Source: Hemiscyllium ocellatum (Eukaryota). Taken from it: DNA of 64,000 bases. Shown piece by piece: positions 24,701 to 39,700 of the stretch. The stretch is taken from assembly GCF_020745735.1 (NCBI RefSeq), contig NC_083409.1:13775279-13839278 (forward strand), read 5' to 3'. Below the pieces are notes generated by a model, which made no database searches, was not told the DNA's origin, and saw nothing but the letters and a program-made list of their open reading frames with translations. Positions within the stretch are counted from its first letter, which is position 1. Each line of letters starts with the position of its first letter. A program made the position numbers and the translations under genes.

Positions 24701-27700
24701 TGAATTTACAACTTTCTACTGTCCATTAAAGGTGGTAATAAGATGCAAAAGACAAGTGGCGCTTGCAGAGGAATTTGATTTGAACAAGAGACATTTGTGC
24801 AGATAATAAGAGATATTCTAATTGGAAGGATATGGTTAGTGATATCTTGCATGGATCTATGTCGGTGCCCTAACTATTCGCTATTCATGATGAAAGGAAA
24901 GCCACATTCAAAACTTGGGGCCTCTCTCCAGATTAGCAGCGATCTCGAGTGTAGGTAGATGAAAGCATAAAATAAGAAAACAATCTTGATAGATGAAGTA
25001 AATGAAAAATCTACAGATGAGTTTGTGTCAGCAAGTGAGAGGTTGGATCAAGATAGGATATTTCTTGATTATGAAAATCGAGAGACAGTGGAGTTCAAAG
25101 AAACTTGATGGGGCTGATCCAGCTGTATGTAGTTCATGAAAATGTCACAAACAGGCTCAAAACAGTGAACAAGGATCAGTGGAATGTTGACATTTATATC
25201 CAAAGAAGTTGCAAAAGCAAAGGATTAGAAGTCATGCTTCAGCAATTCAAAGCTGAAAATGTGTTGCTGGAAAAGCGCAGCAGGTCAGGCAGCGTGCAAG
25301 GAACAGGAAATTCGACGTTTCGGGCATAAGCCCTTCATCAGAATTTCCTGTTCCTTGGATGCTGCCTGACCTGCTGCGCTTTTCCAGCAACACATTTTCA
25401 GCTCTGATCTCCAGCATCTGCAGACCTCACTTTCTCCTCTTCAGCAATTCATAACCGAGTCAGACCAATCTGTCAGGGCTGGGCACCATGGCTTAAGAAG
25501 AGTATCACTCTTAGTGGAAGTGCAATGTAGACTTACTGAAGTGATACTTGGGCTCCGAGGCTTAATTTAAGAAGAGAGATTAAATAGATAACATGTTAGA
25601 GTCAGAACATTGAGGTGTGCTATTGTGGAACACTTTTACACACAGAAATGGATGAAGTTTGAAACTCCCTTCCACAAACAGTGATTGATTTGAAATCAGT
25701 CACAAATTTTAAATCTGAGATTGGTAGATTTTTAACCAAAATGCTGAAGGATTATGGGACAAGGACAGGGATTTGTCATGATGTTGAAGATTACCATGAT
25801 TTGGGGGAATGGTGGAATAGGCTCAAGAAGCTAAATAGCCTCCTCCTGTTGTGATGTTGATGTAACCATGACACTCTTATTCTCTGGATGTGCAACTCCT
25901 ATTCTGTTTTTGGTTATTTATCAGAACCTGGCAGCAAATTAGTAACTGGAGTCCTGACCAGAAAATTATCAGTATGAGGGACTTTGCAAGTCTTAATGTG
26001 TTTCACAGATGATGAAATGAAACAGTCAGCATTTACTCATCCTGATAAATATTGGGATAGTTTGATGGGATCACTTGTGATGCAGCATGATTGGCATATC
26101 TGATGATGCTCCAACTACTTTTAATTGTTGTTGTCGTCGTCTGCACCCAGTCCTGAGGTTTTGTGGATTACAGGACAAGTTTTGCTTGGGTCAGGGGAAG
26201 CAGATCACCTCACTCTGTACTGTTTGTCCTCCTGTCTTTCACTGTCCAGCATGATTTCAGCATGTCCTTCTCGGGAGGTCAAGACAGTTTCTATAAATTC
26301 ACCATGGAGATGGTGCGACAATACGTGGAGGAGGAGGAGATGCGTGCACAGCACCGGGTGTCCCTCCTCAAACTGAGAGAACAAGCCATGAAGGAAAAGA
26401 CCAAAGCAGAGCTGGCTTGGTTGGAACACCAGAAAAAGTGAGTAGCTGACCTATGCAGTGATGGTAAGCTGTATAGCCTTTCAAAAATGCAATGTAAGAA
26501 TGTGCAGATCCTTCCAGTAATCCTTTCCGGAGAAGGGGGAAAGCTAGTGTCTATTCTCATTGCAGTGAGGCTGTTGTGCAGAAGCTAGGTATTCACGTCA
26601 TCTTTCCCCTTATCACTGTTTGGATTGAGTAGAATGAAGCCAATTTTGATTTTTTTTTCAAATTTTTAAGTTTGTTCTTTGAACTTGGGATGTTGCGGTA
26701 ATGCTAGTATTTATTTACTCGCCCTCATTCTCGAAATGGTCATGGTGTTGAGCTGCCTTGAGCCACTGCAGTCTGCTTAGTCAATATAAACGTATCAACT
26801 CGCAAGTGCTGTTAGGTTTGGAGTTCAAGGCTCTGGAATAGATTGTTGCAAGGCTGTTGTCCTCACCCACGGGTCAGGATTTTAAACAAATAATTTCAAT
26901 AGACTTCTTCGCTGCTGGTAAGGCCAGTATTGTTGTCCATCCTTCATTGCACTTGGGAAGGTGATAGTGAGTCATTTCCTCAAACATCTGCAGTTCACCC
27001 GCTACAGGTACAACCACAATGCTGACAGGAAAGGAGTACCTGGGATTTTGATCCTATAGCAGTGAAGGAATGATGTATTCCTAAGTCAGGACGATGTGTG
27101 GCTTGCAGAGGAGCTTACAAGTAATGGTGTTACCATGTTATCTACTATCTGTGTCCTTTTAGATGGTAGAGGTCTCAGGCTTTGAAGATGCTATTGAAGG
27201 AATTGAGTGAGTTTCTGCAGTGCATCATATAGTGCACAAAGCTCTCACTGTAGCAGGTTGCTACATCCTATTTGGTGTTCTGCATCTTGGGCATGTACTG
27301 GGGAGACAGAAAGTAAGTTACTTAGTGAAGAATTTTCAGCTTCCGACCTGCTTTTGTTGACCTAGTATGGTATAGCTGATCCATTTTAGTTTCAGGTCGA
27401 GAGTAACTCTAATGTGATAATTGTGAGGGAAGCAGTGATGATAATACCACTTCATATCAAAACGATTGCAAGAGATGGTCAATGCTTGGTCAGTATGGTA
27501 TGCATGCATCCATGCTGCCGTAATACTGTAGTCACGTATGCCATACTAGTTGTGGGCAAAAGATTTCCTTCAAAGTCCGTCCGTGAATTATTTGGGTTTT
27601 TCCGGCTGCTCAACATCTTTGTGGACACTTTTACTGACACCAACCTTTTATTTCCAGATTTTCTTTCAAAATATCCTTTTTAATTTTGTGAGCATAAACA

Positions 27701-30700
27701 CTGTCTTGTTGAAATAAAATTTCTTCAAATTGAGTATGACAAGAATGGAGGGGCATTACAGTTATAAAATATTAAGAAGACTTTGCTGCTAAACAAAATC
27801 TTAAACCCTGATCATTCTCTTTCTGGTTTAGTTGCTAATTCAGCAGTGGTGACACTGTGAGATCTATTTGGGCAGATTTATCCAAGTTTGTCTGTAAATT
27901 TGAGCATCATTATACCATGTGTAGGGAACTATGGCTTCCTAAAGAAGTTGAATCTCTTGTCAAGAGGATGAAGAAAACTTATGTTAGGATGAGATGTAAA
28001 GCTCAGTCAGAGTGCTTGAGAGTTACGGGTTAGCCAGGAAAGACCAAAAGAGAGAGCTAAGAAGGGACATGAGAAATCACTGGCAGATAGGATCAAGGAA
28101 AACCATCAAGTTTTCTATAAATATATAAGGAAGAAAAGAATGATGAGAAAGATTAGGGCCAATCAAGGATAGTTGTGGGATGTTGGGCATGGAGTCCGTG
28201 GAGATGGGGAAGCACTTAAAGAATATTTTTTGTTCATTTTTACACTGGAAAAAGACAGTGTTGTCAAGGAGAATACTGCGATGCAGGCTATTAGACTAGA
28301 TGGGATTGAGGTTGACGAGGAGGAGTTAGCAATTCGAGGAAGTGTGAAAATAGATAAGTCCCCTGGGCCAGATGGGATTAATCCGAGGATTTTCTGAGAA
28401 GCCAGGGAGGAGATTGCAAAACCTTGACCTTTGATCTATATGTCGTCGTTGTCTACAGGAGCAGTGCTAGAAGACTGGAGGATAACAAATGTTGTCCCCT
28501 TGTTTGAGAAGGGGAGTAAAAACAACCCTGTTATTATAGACGAGTGAGCCTCATTCGGTTCTGGGTAAGATGTTGGAAAAGGTTATAAGAGGTAGGATTT
28601 ATAATCATCAAGAAGGGAATATGTAGATTAGGGATAGTCAACTCATTTTTGTGAAGAGTAGGTCGTGTCTCACAAACCCTATTGAGTTCTTTTGAGAAAG
28701 TGACCAAACAGATGGATGAGGGTAAAGCAGTTGATGTGGTGTATATGGATTTCAGTAAGGCATTTGATAAATTTCCCACTGTAGGCTATTGCACAAAATA
28801 CAGAGGCATGGGAGTGAGGGTGATTTAACTGTTTGGATCAGAAATTGGCTCGCTGAAAGAAGACAGAGTGTAGTAGCTAATGAGAAATGTTCATCCTGGA
28901 GTTCAATAACGGGTGATGTAACGCAAGGATCTATTTTGGGTGCACTGCTGTTTGTCATTTTTGACTCAGATGAGGGCATAGAATGATGGGTGAGTAAATT
29001 TGCAGATGACAAGAAGGTCAGTGGAGTTGTGTATAATGCTGAAGGGTGTTGCAGGTTACCGAAGGATATAGATAAGCTGCAGAGCTGAGCTGAGAAGTGG
29101 CAAATGGAGTTTAATGCAGAAAAGTATGAGGTGATTCAGTTAGGAAGGAGCAACAGGAATAAGGAATACTGGGCTAATGGTAAGATTCTTGGTAGTGTAG
29201 ATGAGCAGAGAGGTCTCGGTGTCCATGTATAGGTCCTTGAAAGTTGCCACCCAGCTTGATAGGGTTGTTCCGAAGGCATACGGTGTATTAGCTTTTATTG
29301 GTAGAGGGATTGAGTTTCAGAGCCACAAGGACATGTTGCAGCTGTACAAAACTCTGGTGTGGCTATACTTGGAGTACTGTGTACAGTTCTAGTCACTGCA
29401 TTATAGAAAGGATGTGGAAGCTTCAGAAAGGGTTCAGAGGAGATTTACAAGGATGTTACCTGGTATGGAGGGAAGGTCTTATGAGGAATGGCTGAGGGAC
29501 TTACGGCTGTTTTCATTAGAGAGAAAAAGATTGAGAGGTGATTTAATTGTGACATATAAGATAATCAGAGGGTTAGATAGGGTGGACAGAGAGAGCCTTT
29601 TTTCCCAGATGGTGATGGCTAGCACAAGGGGACATAGCTTTAAATTGCAGGAGGATGTACAGATGTCAGAGGTAATTTCTTTAGTCAGAGTGGTAGTGGT
29701 GTGGAACACACTGCCTGAAACAGTAGTGGACTCATCAACTTTAAGGGCATTTACATGCTCATTGGATAAACATATGGATGAAAATGGAATAGTGGAGGAT
29801 AGATGGGCTTCAAATTGGTTCTACAGGTCAGTGCAACATTGATGGCCAAAGTGCCTGTAGTGTGCTGTAATGCTCTTTGTTCTATGTTCATGTGACTTTG
29901 CCATGTCCTCTAACCAGATGCCTTCAAGACAATGGAGAAGATGACAAGATGCCATCCATCCGTAGGAGGCAGCGTGGGCTTCTGCTCAGGCTGCAGCAGG
30001 AGCAGGTATGACCCACTGAATGCCAGGGAAAATGTTCATACTTCATGAATGAGCATGTTTCCCCAAGGTTCCGATTTGATTTCAAACCTTTTATTAACGG
30101 TGATCCAGGTTTTCCTTGAAATGCCAATAACAAATGCTACTGAGTGTAATGTATATGCTCGGCCTAGGGACAGATTTCCATGCCATGGTGTTTCTGAATG
30201 CAGTTTTTCTACTGGCAATGTGCACGGCAGCACCCTGGGGCTGAAACATCTGAAGTGTTCTTCGGCCAGTAATTAATCTGCATTGTCTCTCCAGGCCAGC
30301 AGGCATCTATCTTTGTTCTCCCCTTTTTTTGTTTGAAAACAAGTTGCTTTTCAAAGTTCAATTCTCAACTTCAGCTCACAGTTCCAAACCAAAAATGAGA
30401 AAAATATAGTTGCTGATTTTTGTTGGCAGAGGTGTTGCCAATCACGCAGTGTCAGGCAGTATCACACAGACTTGGAATGTTACGTTATTTGCTGTTGGAC
30501 TCACTACAGATTTGTCAGATTCTGCACTCACTCAACCCAGGCACACTTTCCAACTTGCCCAGCAGCAAGAGCTAATACGCAATTCTCGTGAGTGGAAATC
30601 TGCCTATTCATCATCTTTCTCTTCTGCAAAGTACTTGGCAGCTGAGGACAGTTTTTCAGGTTTGAGAACTCAGGTTAACTCACCACAGGCCAGGAAGCAA

Positions 30701-33700
30701 CCTCCTGAAATAAAATCAGAAATGCTCACTCAAAGTTAGGCATCAGCTGTTGAAAAAGAACGTGAGTAACTCTTTCATGATAATTTTCCACCTGGAGTAC
30801 TTGACTGTTTGAGTTCGTGTTGACAATACATTTTGTCGAAAAAACCCACAAAGTTTTCATCAAGAACAAGCATTATAAGTTGTAAAAGTTGCACAGTGCC
30901 ACCTGGAAACTGTGCAACTTAGAACTTAATGGGTTATGGAGTTGCGTGCCCTGACTTCATTTTTGTCTGTAGTTTGTCGTCAAAATAAATTTATTGACGA
31001 TGTAAAGACGGGTTTGGTTGGTCTCTAACATGGTAATACATTGTATACAATTTCACCACAGGCTGAAATCAGGCATCTTCAAAAAGCCAACAAGGCTGCT
31101 CACAGGGAGAGGCAGCTGATCCTGAAACAGCAGGAGGAGATTCAACACATGCTCCAGTCCACCATGGAAATTCAGGAGAGGCTCAAATCAGTTGGGGAGA
31201 GCAAGTTGGTTAGTATCCCACCATTTACAAACACCTGAACTGATCAATTCAAGGTTACTATTAAAGTAAGGAATTACTTACTCTGCAGCATGAATGATGG
31301 GTGGTCAATTTCAATCCAAACTTGCTATCAGCCAGGTTTCTAGTCTATATTATCATTACAATATAAATAAAACTTCTAATATTTTACAGAAAAGATGTAA
31401 GAATGGTTTGTCTGCCACTGAGAAACATCAACTTAAGCCTCGGTACCTTTATTAAGTTGATAACATGTTCACATGTTCCCTTATGTAGAGACCAAAACTC
31501 TGCAACCTAAAATACCAGGAATACCTGCTGCCGCCGAGAATACCATCCTTTGTATTCATTGATGTCGTGTTTTGTTCTGCATTCCGTAGAAGTGACAGCA
31601 CAAGAAATGGAGCTTTCAGCGCAATGTATCTGTGCTTCTGTTCTTTCCCTCCCTGCAATCTGGCTCCGACCTGTTATCAGCATATCCTACAAAGGGGTCA
31701 AAACATTTTTGCACTTGATCATGTGCATAGGAATGGGACTAGGTTGTTGAGCCACTCATCTGTTTGCACTTGCTTCTATTATAATTGATCTACATCTCCC
31801 TCCCTTAATCTGTTTCCCTGAATAAACATTCCCAACAAATAAAAAAAATCAAACTCTTTTAAAATATTCAATTAATTCAAAGCTCAATTAATTCAAAACT
31901 AATGAAACACTCTGCCTCCTGAAATGAAATGATGTTGCTTAGTTGCAGAAACCTGTCTTTGAATCTCATCTGTGTTTCACTAATTCTGGAGCTGTTTCCA
32001 TTTAGGAGCAAACGTAACTTTCCATGCGCCCATCTTGGTATATTCTCAGGTTCCAACTCGACAGGAGCAGCGGAATGCAGAACAACCAGAAGTGCAGAAT
32101 GTTTCCAAAGTGAGCCCCACTTCCACTCTCCTGGAAACAGATACGGAGACGTGGAGTCCCTCCTCTGTTTCGACTTCAGGCAGCGAGACCAGCAACATCA
32201 TGCAAAAACAGAAGATGCGCAGTCATGTGGATGAAAAGTAATATCTCTTATGGCTTCTTATAAGGCATATTGCTGTAAAAGACTGGCAAGCCAACCAGCT
32301 CATTTGTCAGCTGGTGATGTTATGGAGAGGATGAGAAAGAGAGAGACCGAGTGGCTCTGAGCAGAGATAAATATAAGAAGTCCATTTCACTGTGCTTTTC
32401 AAAGGCAGTGTGTTTGCTGCAAATGGTGTTTCTAATGATCCCACCTGAGGTGTTGTCATGTTTGACCCTGCGAGTGGGGCAGCAAAACATCAATATGGCC
32501 TCACTGCTACTGCTCTCCAAGTAGGGGAGCTTTTTTCTTACCCTAATCTTTTTTATTCACACCCATTGCCCTGGAGTAACAGTCTCAGAATGGGATTGCA
32601 CTGTGAAGATTTTCACTCGTGCAAAGCTTGCTTTGCCTTTCAGTGGAGTGTGTTAGGAAACTGGAGGTACATGCAAATGTTGCAGGAATTGTTTTTCCTG
32701 GTGGAATTATCAGCTTGACATCATTGTGTTGTGTTAGCTTTTTTATCCTATGAAGACAATTGTGTACACTACAGAGGATATAAACAGGTCTTATTAGGGC
32801 AGCACCATGGCTCAATGGCGAGCACTGCTGCCTCACAGTGCCAGGAACCCGGGTTCGATTCTACCTTCAGGTGACTGTGTGGAGTTTGCACATTCTCCCA
32901 ATGTCTGCATGGGTTTCCTCCCGCTGTCCACAAATATGCAGGTTAGGTGGATTGGCCATGCTAAATTGCCCATAATGCCGAGCGATATGCAGGCAAGGTG
33001 AATTAGCCATGGGAAATGCAAAGTTACATTCATAGCTTAGGGGAGTGAGTTTGGGTGGGTTGCTGTGCGAGGGGTTATTATGGACTCAATGGGCTGAATG
33101 GCCTGTTTCCACACTGAGGGATTCTATGATTTGTTCCAAACACTTCACATCAGTGTTACTGCTCCACTTGAGAATCCTGTCACCCTTGCTCATCTATTAC
33201 CCTGACCCTCTATTCCTTTCTCCCTCTAATCTTGTCTATACTCCCCTTAAACACCCGTATCATATTTGATTCAACTGCTCCCTGTTCAGTCTTCATTGGT
33301 GTAATCCAATTCTGCAGATCTTCCATATCTCCCTGATGGATTTCTTGGTGACTACTTTGTGACCTCAAGGTAGCTCTTCCCTGTGAATGGAAACATTCTG
33401 TCTGTATCCAGTCTGCTGAACCCTGTCAACATTTTAAAGACCTCTATTATGTCCCTGTTTGTCCTTCTTTCAGAGAAAAGAGACATAGCCTGTCAACCCT
33501 TTCCTGAGATGTGAACCCACACATTCCTGTGACCAACCTTGTCAATCTTGTCTGTGTACCCACTTCAGTTTCTCCTTTTTCTATTTATAGTATGATGATC
33601 AGCCTGCACACAGTATCCAAGTGTGGTTTCAGCAAGGTTTGATTCAGGTTTAGCAGATTTAATAAATAATTAGATAGGGATGATGTGCTAAACTACTGGT

Positions 33701-36700
33701 GTTTTTTTCTGATCTAATTGATTTAAATAAATGTGAGGTACTGCATTTTGGTAAGGCAAATCAGGGCAGGACTTAATGGGAAGGTCCTGGGCAGTGTTGC
33801 TGAACAAAGAGACCTTGGGGTGCAGGTTCCTAGATCCTTGAAGACGGAGTTTCAGTCAGACAGGGTCGTGAAGAAACCGTTTGGTGTGCTTGCATTTATT
33901 GGTCAGTGCATTGAGTATAAGAGTTGGGATGTCATGTTATGGTTGTACAGGACATTGGTGAGGCCACTTTTGGAATAATGCATTCAGTGCTGGTGTGTTG
34001 TCAAACTTGAAAGGATTCAGTAAAGGTTTACAAGGATGTTGCGAGGGTTGAAGGTTTGAGCTGAAGGGTAACCTTAAAGGTTTATAAAATCATGAGGGGC
34101 ATGGATAGGGTAAATAGCCATGATCTTTTTTTTCCAGGATAGCGGAGTCAAAAACTAGAGACCATAGGTAAGAAAGGAAAAATTTAAAACTTACCTCAGG
34201 GGCAACGTTTTCACACAAGTATGGAATGAGCTGCCAGAGTTGGTAGTGAAGGCAGCAATAATTACAACATTAAACAAACATCAGATGGGTTTGTAATCTG
34301 TGGTTGGACTGTTAGGAAGGCAGTGCTTGAGATTCTCCCACTATCTAAGTCAGAAAGAGAAATGGAGCTGGGGTTGGTTTTGATGAGCTCTGTTGCCATT
34401 TGAAGTTAATGAATCCGAGCAGAAGGGGTTGTGTTGATGTAGAGGTGTAGGGAAGTTGGTTACAAATGTTTTGATTGAATATTTGTAATTTCTCTTTCAT
34501 AATGTGAGGTTTTCTTGAGTATCTAAAGATAAAGCAATTTTGGGGAGATACTCAGCTGTTTTGTTTTTCTTGTTTTGCTCCTTTATTTTGTAAACATCGC
34601 TCTCCTGTCACTACTTCCTCTCTGGCTTTACGTCTCATCAGTGGGCTTCTCTCAGTGTCTGTTTTTCCATCCTACATCCCAAATTCCAGATGTCCATCTA
34701 CAACCAGCTGGTCAGGTACTGTGCAACCTCTGCTTCTCACTGATCGAGCATGCTCTGTTTCATCACATGCATGTGGATGATGTGGGGGGTCGGTGGAGGG
34801 TCAAGGGGAAAGGAATTTTGGCTTCACATAGATGCAGCAAGCTGCTCGTTTGCAATATAATGCATACTTTACAATTAATCTGGAACGTGGTTTTATAGGG
34901 GCATTACTGTGAAAGCAAGAAGTTGAAGTTACACAAACAATCTTGAGCTGCTCATGCTAACAGGGTACAATAAAGATTGACCTGTTTTACGTTGAGTTGG
35001 ACTTTTGCAAATTGTCTGGCAGAGTTAGCAGCCCACTAACCTTGATAAATATAACTTTAAGAAATCTGAAATTTGAGTTGCAAGGTTGAATTTTCATAAG
35101 GCAGTGCTTCTTTAAGAGGGCAAATGTGTCTTTGGTGAACATTTGAGGTATTCTTATGGATATGAAAACTTAATTGGTATGTAACCGTCACAGTAGACAT
35201 GAGTATCTCCAACTACATGCAGCTACATGTTGGCTGTACTACATTTCTGAATGAAATTCACCCAAAATTAGTGAAATAATTGAAAAGTATTGCAGAATTA
35301 GAAGTGTAAATTATGTTTGTTGTGTGAATGTTGTAATATTGGAAAGCTAATAGTAACTAGCACATTCTCCCAAGGTGATTAACTACCACTGGAACTTTGT
35401 AATAATTATGCTTGTGTAAAGCTTTAAAGAGGCTGTAACAAATAATTAGCTTTTTCTTTTGTGATCCAGATAAGCAATTAACATGTTTTAGAAGTAATTG
35501 TATATTTTTCCTGTTAGTAACATGAAAAGCAAGATAATAATAAGCCCCTTGAGCCTGCTCTGTCATTCAGTCTGATCATGATGATCCCACTTTCTCCCCA
35601 TACCATTTGATCTCTTTAGCCCTAAGAACTATATCTAACCCTTGAAAATATTCAATGTTTTGTCCTGAAATACATTTTGTGGTAGAATATTTTGTTGGTT
35701 CAACACGATCTGGATGAAGAAATTTCTCCTCATCTCAGTTCTGAACAGCCTAACCTATATCCTTTAGACTATGACCACTGGTTCTGGCCTACCCCACCAT
35801 GAAGGCCAACATACCATTTGTCTTCACCACCTGCTGCACCTGCATGCTTACTCTCAGTGACTGGTGTACAAAGACACCCTTTGTTGTAACTCTCCCTTTC
35901 CTAATCTATTCAGATAATCTCGCTGTCTGTTTTTGCAACCAAAAATCTCAAAATTATCTTTCATCTGCCATGCATTTTCCTTATCACTCAATTTATGTAA
36001 ATCACACTTGAAGCATCTCTGCATCCTCCTCACAGTTTACCTTCCACCCAGCTTTGTGTCACCCACAAACTTAGAAATAGTAATAGTTCCCTCATTTAAA
36101 TCATTCGTATATATTGTCAATAACTGGGTTTGAACCATTGATCCCTGTAGTACTTCACTGGTCACTGGCTGCCACTCAGAAAATGGCCTGTTTATTCCAG
36201 CTCCTTGTTTCCTGTCTGCCAACTAGCGCTCTGTCCATGCAAATACACTCCGCACCACCACCCCCACCCCGATCTCTCACATTATATGCTAATTTCTTAT
36301 GTGGGACCTGATCAAAAGAGTTCTGAAGTCAAGGTAACACCCATGGGTTGCCCCTTATCAATTCTACTAGGTAGATCCTCAAACTTTCAGTAGATTTGCT
36401 AAGTATGATTCCCCTCTTTTAAATCCATGCCAACTCTGTCCAATCCTGTCACTGTTCAGTAAGAAACTTGACTGTACGCCAATATAGCTTGTAAATGTAT
36501 CTGCTCCCAGAATTTGGAAAGCGGGCACACTGCCCTCCAAAGAAAAATCTGCTGTCACAGGCTTCACTCTTATCGCATACATTTATTGTCCAATTCTTTC
36601 ATGTGATCATTGATTTTACAAACAATTTCTAAAATTCTTTAAATCCTGAAGAAATGTGACGCTAGCCCTTTGTAGAAGTGAATGGAAAGTGTGATACTTG

Positions 36701-39700
36701 CTTGACCTTTGTCTCTATGGATCAGACCTAACCGAACCTTTAGCAAGGTGTGGGATGTGTCCCACAAACATTTTTTAAAAAGCAAAGATTATTCTCTGAG
36801 ATTTAAGTGTTCAATTAGGTATGATCAAAAAACTTCGTAAAAATTGAGAGTTTGTTTTCAGCTCCTTTAAAGAGACATGCTCTAGGCCGACAATTTTGTG
36901 ACATGTGGTCATTCTTTGATAAAGGTGACTGTGTCCAACACCAAAGGATTTTGTGCAGAAGTGTCTAATTGGCTGGGTGAGCTTTATTACTGGTGTAACT
37001 TGGCTCATTTTGGGATGGAATGCTACTTTGAATTAAATCGTGTTTTTAAACTGAGGTGACTTTCTCTAACTCAAGTGTGGAAACTACGCTCAAGTTTACG
37101 CTTTTGTTTCACTTTTGCAGATGAGTATTTTTCCGATCTGTTTTATAAATAAAGTTCAATATTGAAAATGCCAGCAGCATCACTGAAGAGAAAAAGACAT
37201 TATATGTTTCAAGTCCAGTGACCTGTTGTCCGTTCAGACGAAGATTTGGTGAACTTAAAACATAACTTTTCTTTTTCTTCACAGATGCTGTCAGACCTGC
37301 TGAGTTTCTCCAGCACTTTGCTTCTTCGGTTCAGATGTTCAGCATCTGCAGTTCTTTGTTTTGTTACAAATCCTAATAATTTGACTTGGGGAGTGAGAGG
37401 CAGCAACTGTGATTAACTAGGATAAAAATCCTCCACCATGGCAAAAGAACACATAATTCTTTACACTTTACAAAACACTGTACTGTAAATAGGAAATGCA
37501 GTTGAGCTAAATACAAGAAGGCATAGCACCTGACTGGTCTCAAACTTTTTCCCAAACTTTGAGGACCAGGCTATCAGAATTTTGTTTGCACGCTTCCTTT
37601 GAGATCACAGTCCACAAATGTCCCAGTACCAACCCCTGGGCCGGGCCAGGTTACCAATTGCAGTGGGGTGGGGAAATCTGTGTCAGACTGAAGTTTTATT
37701 TAAGAGCAGCATTGCAGATTAAAGTTGATGGTTTTGACTAATATTGCGTCAGCAAACTTGGAGGAAATCCTTCTGAATGTGTTGATTAACTGCACTGAGC
37801 CTATTTACATGCAGTAGTGCTGCAATGTTCTAGGATGTGTGAAGGGGCCAAGGAGACATTGCCCTGAATTTTGTTTGTGTTGTGAAATTATCACCCAAAC
37901 AGTGTTGAATTTCAAAAGTAAGAATTATACATTTTGAGCTGCAGGTTAATGTCCAATTTTAGAAATGAATATCAGCGCTAGCTGACACTTTCTTTCGCTC
38001 TCCCCCGTCCTGCTTGCATGTCCATCAGGTTTCTCACTAAACGGGAGCAGAAACTCCAACGGCGACGGCGTGCGGAGGAGCTGCTGGAGTGGAAGCAGCG
38101 GCTCGATGCCGAGGAAGCTGCGATCCAGCAAATGGAAGAACAGGCTCAGGCTGCTTGGGACCAGCAGCTCAAAACAAACATGATAAAGAGAGAGGCAAGC
38201 AAGAAGATTCCCGAATTGAACGGTAATGTTAGCCTCTGTTTCTTGTTTGTTTGTTTTTCTTCAAGACAGTAATGCATTTACTGTGGTTCTGACTGCTTTC
38301 AAGTGCACTTTGGTATGGCTGATTGTCATGGCACGTGTGAGGTGATGTATTGATGTGTAAATGTCATCAGTCTGCCTTAATGCAGAAGAAGCAAGGTGTA
38401 AACCTGGCCTTTTACTTAGCCTGTCTAATTAATTCAAGGAAATCACATTTCCCAAGCATCTGCCGTGATGCATTTAAACAGAATAGGTCAGATGTTGGAA
38501 TTATCATCTTTCTCAATGGTACCTTGAAACGATAGCTCAGTGTAGTTTCCCACTCACCCTCTCGAGGGAGACTGAAGTTTCAGATTTTAATTCCTTTCAC
38601 TGCTGGTGGTTGCGTATCACTTGCAGAGTTGAGAAGCAGCAAAAGTTGTCATCAATGTGAGAGCTTGGATGTTGTTTATACAAGACTATGTGGCCACTTT
38701 GTTCACACGGAAAAATCTAATTTTCTTTGCAATATTGATAATTAATTTCATTCCTCCCCATTAGCAGCAACATGAAACTATCTCCAGGACTGCACAGAAT
38801 GTTGTATCGGAGTATTTTGATGATGAGCAGATATGTCTGATAGTATCTGAGTTGGCTCAAGGTGCTTTTCATCAGTGACCTGTGCATACTTAACTTTCTC
38901 TGGTTAATTGTTTCTAACCTACTCCCCTTATGATACTGTTACATGCATCTGAAGTAAAGAATATATTGAAAGGAGGATGAAGTTGTAAGACAGTCATACT
39001 GAATTGTGCATCTCACTTTAAGCACTGTTAATCCATTGCTGTATAAATGTTCTAAGTATTGTTATTTTCTGTAGACACAGGCAGTGAGGAAGAATGTCCT
39101 GTGCCGCCTTGCTCCCAGCCCCACAGGGACAGTTCAGTTCCTGAGGAAGTTAGAATTTCACCTGCTCAGTCACTGGAATCACCATCAGCAGCCCTTCGGA
39201 TGACCACCAGTCCTGACCATCCTATTTTCACGGATGGTGTTTATTCCCAGGATTTTGTTGCAACACACAGTAAAATGGTAAAAGATGTTTTGCATTGTCT
39301 TTTTTACAAAAACTGTTTCTAATGAGTAAAGAATGTAATATAAGGCTGCAGAAAATAGCAAATCCTTGGCTTTGCTCAAAATCAGTCCCAGGGAAACAGG
39401 AAGTGGAGAGAATGGGAAACAATATGGAGAGGGGGGTGGGAGATCTGAGGGAATGGGAGTTCTGAGAATGAATGGAAAATATAAGTGTGGGGGGAATGGG
39501 AATTCTGAGTGGGGTTGGGAAACATGGGAGTGGGATCAAATGGAAATTCTGAGAGGGAATTTGAAACGGGAGTGGCAGAGAATGGGAATTCTGTGGGGGA
39601 ATGAGAAATGTAATGTGGGAAAGAATAGGAATTTTGTGAAGGCATGGGAAATATGTGCGGGCTCGGTGGATTAACAATGGGAAATCCAGGTGGGGGAGGG

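Larger units (their letters stand above)
24825..25860 (+). mobile_element. Degenerate CR1 LINE 3' part, interrupted at 25250-25438
   Basis: RT C-terminal remnants (..caaaggattagaagtcatgcttcag..accgagtcagacc; acttttacacacagaa; aaggattatggg..; ggcctcctcctgtt tail). Confidence 0.7.

Noticed and set aside
38765-38861. Open 97-nt segment with a good acceptor in the O-P intron
   Set aside because: It has a stop in the required phase-1 frame, a weak donor, and a length compatible with chance
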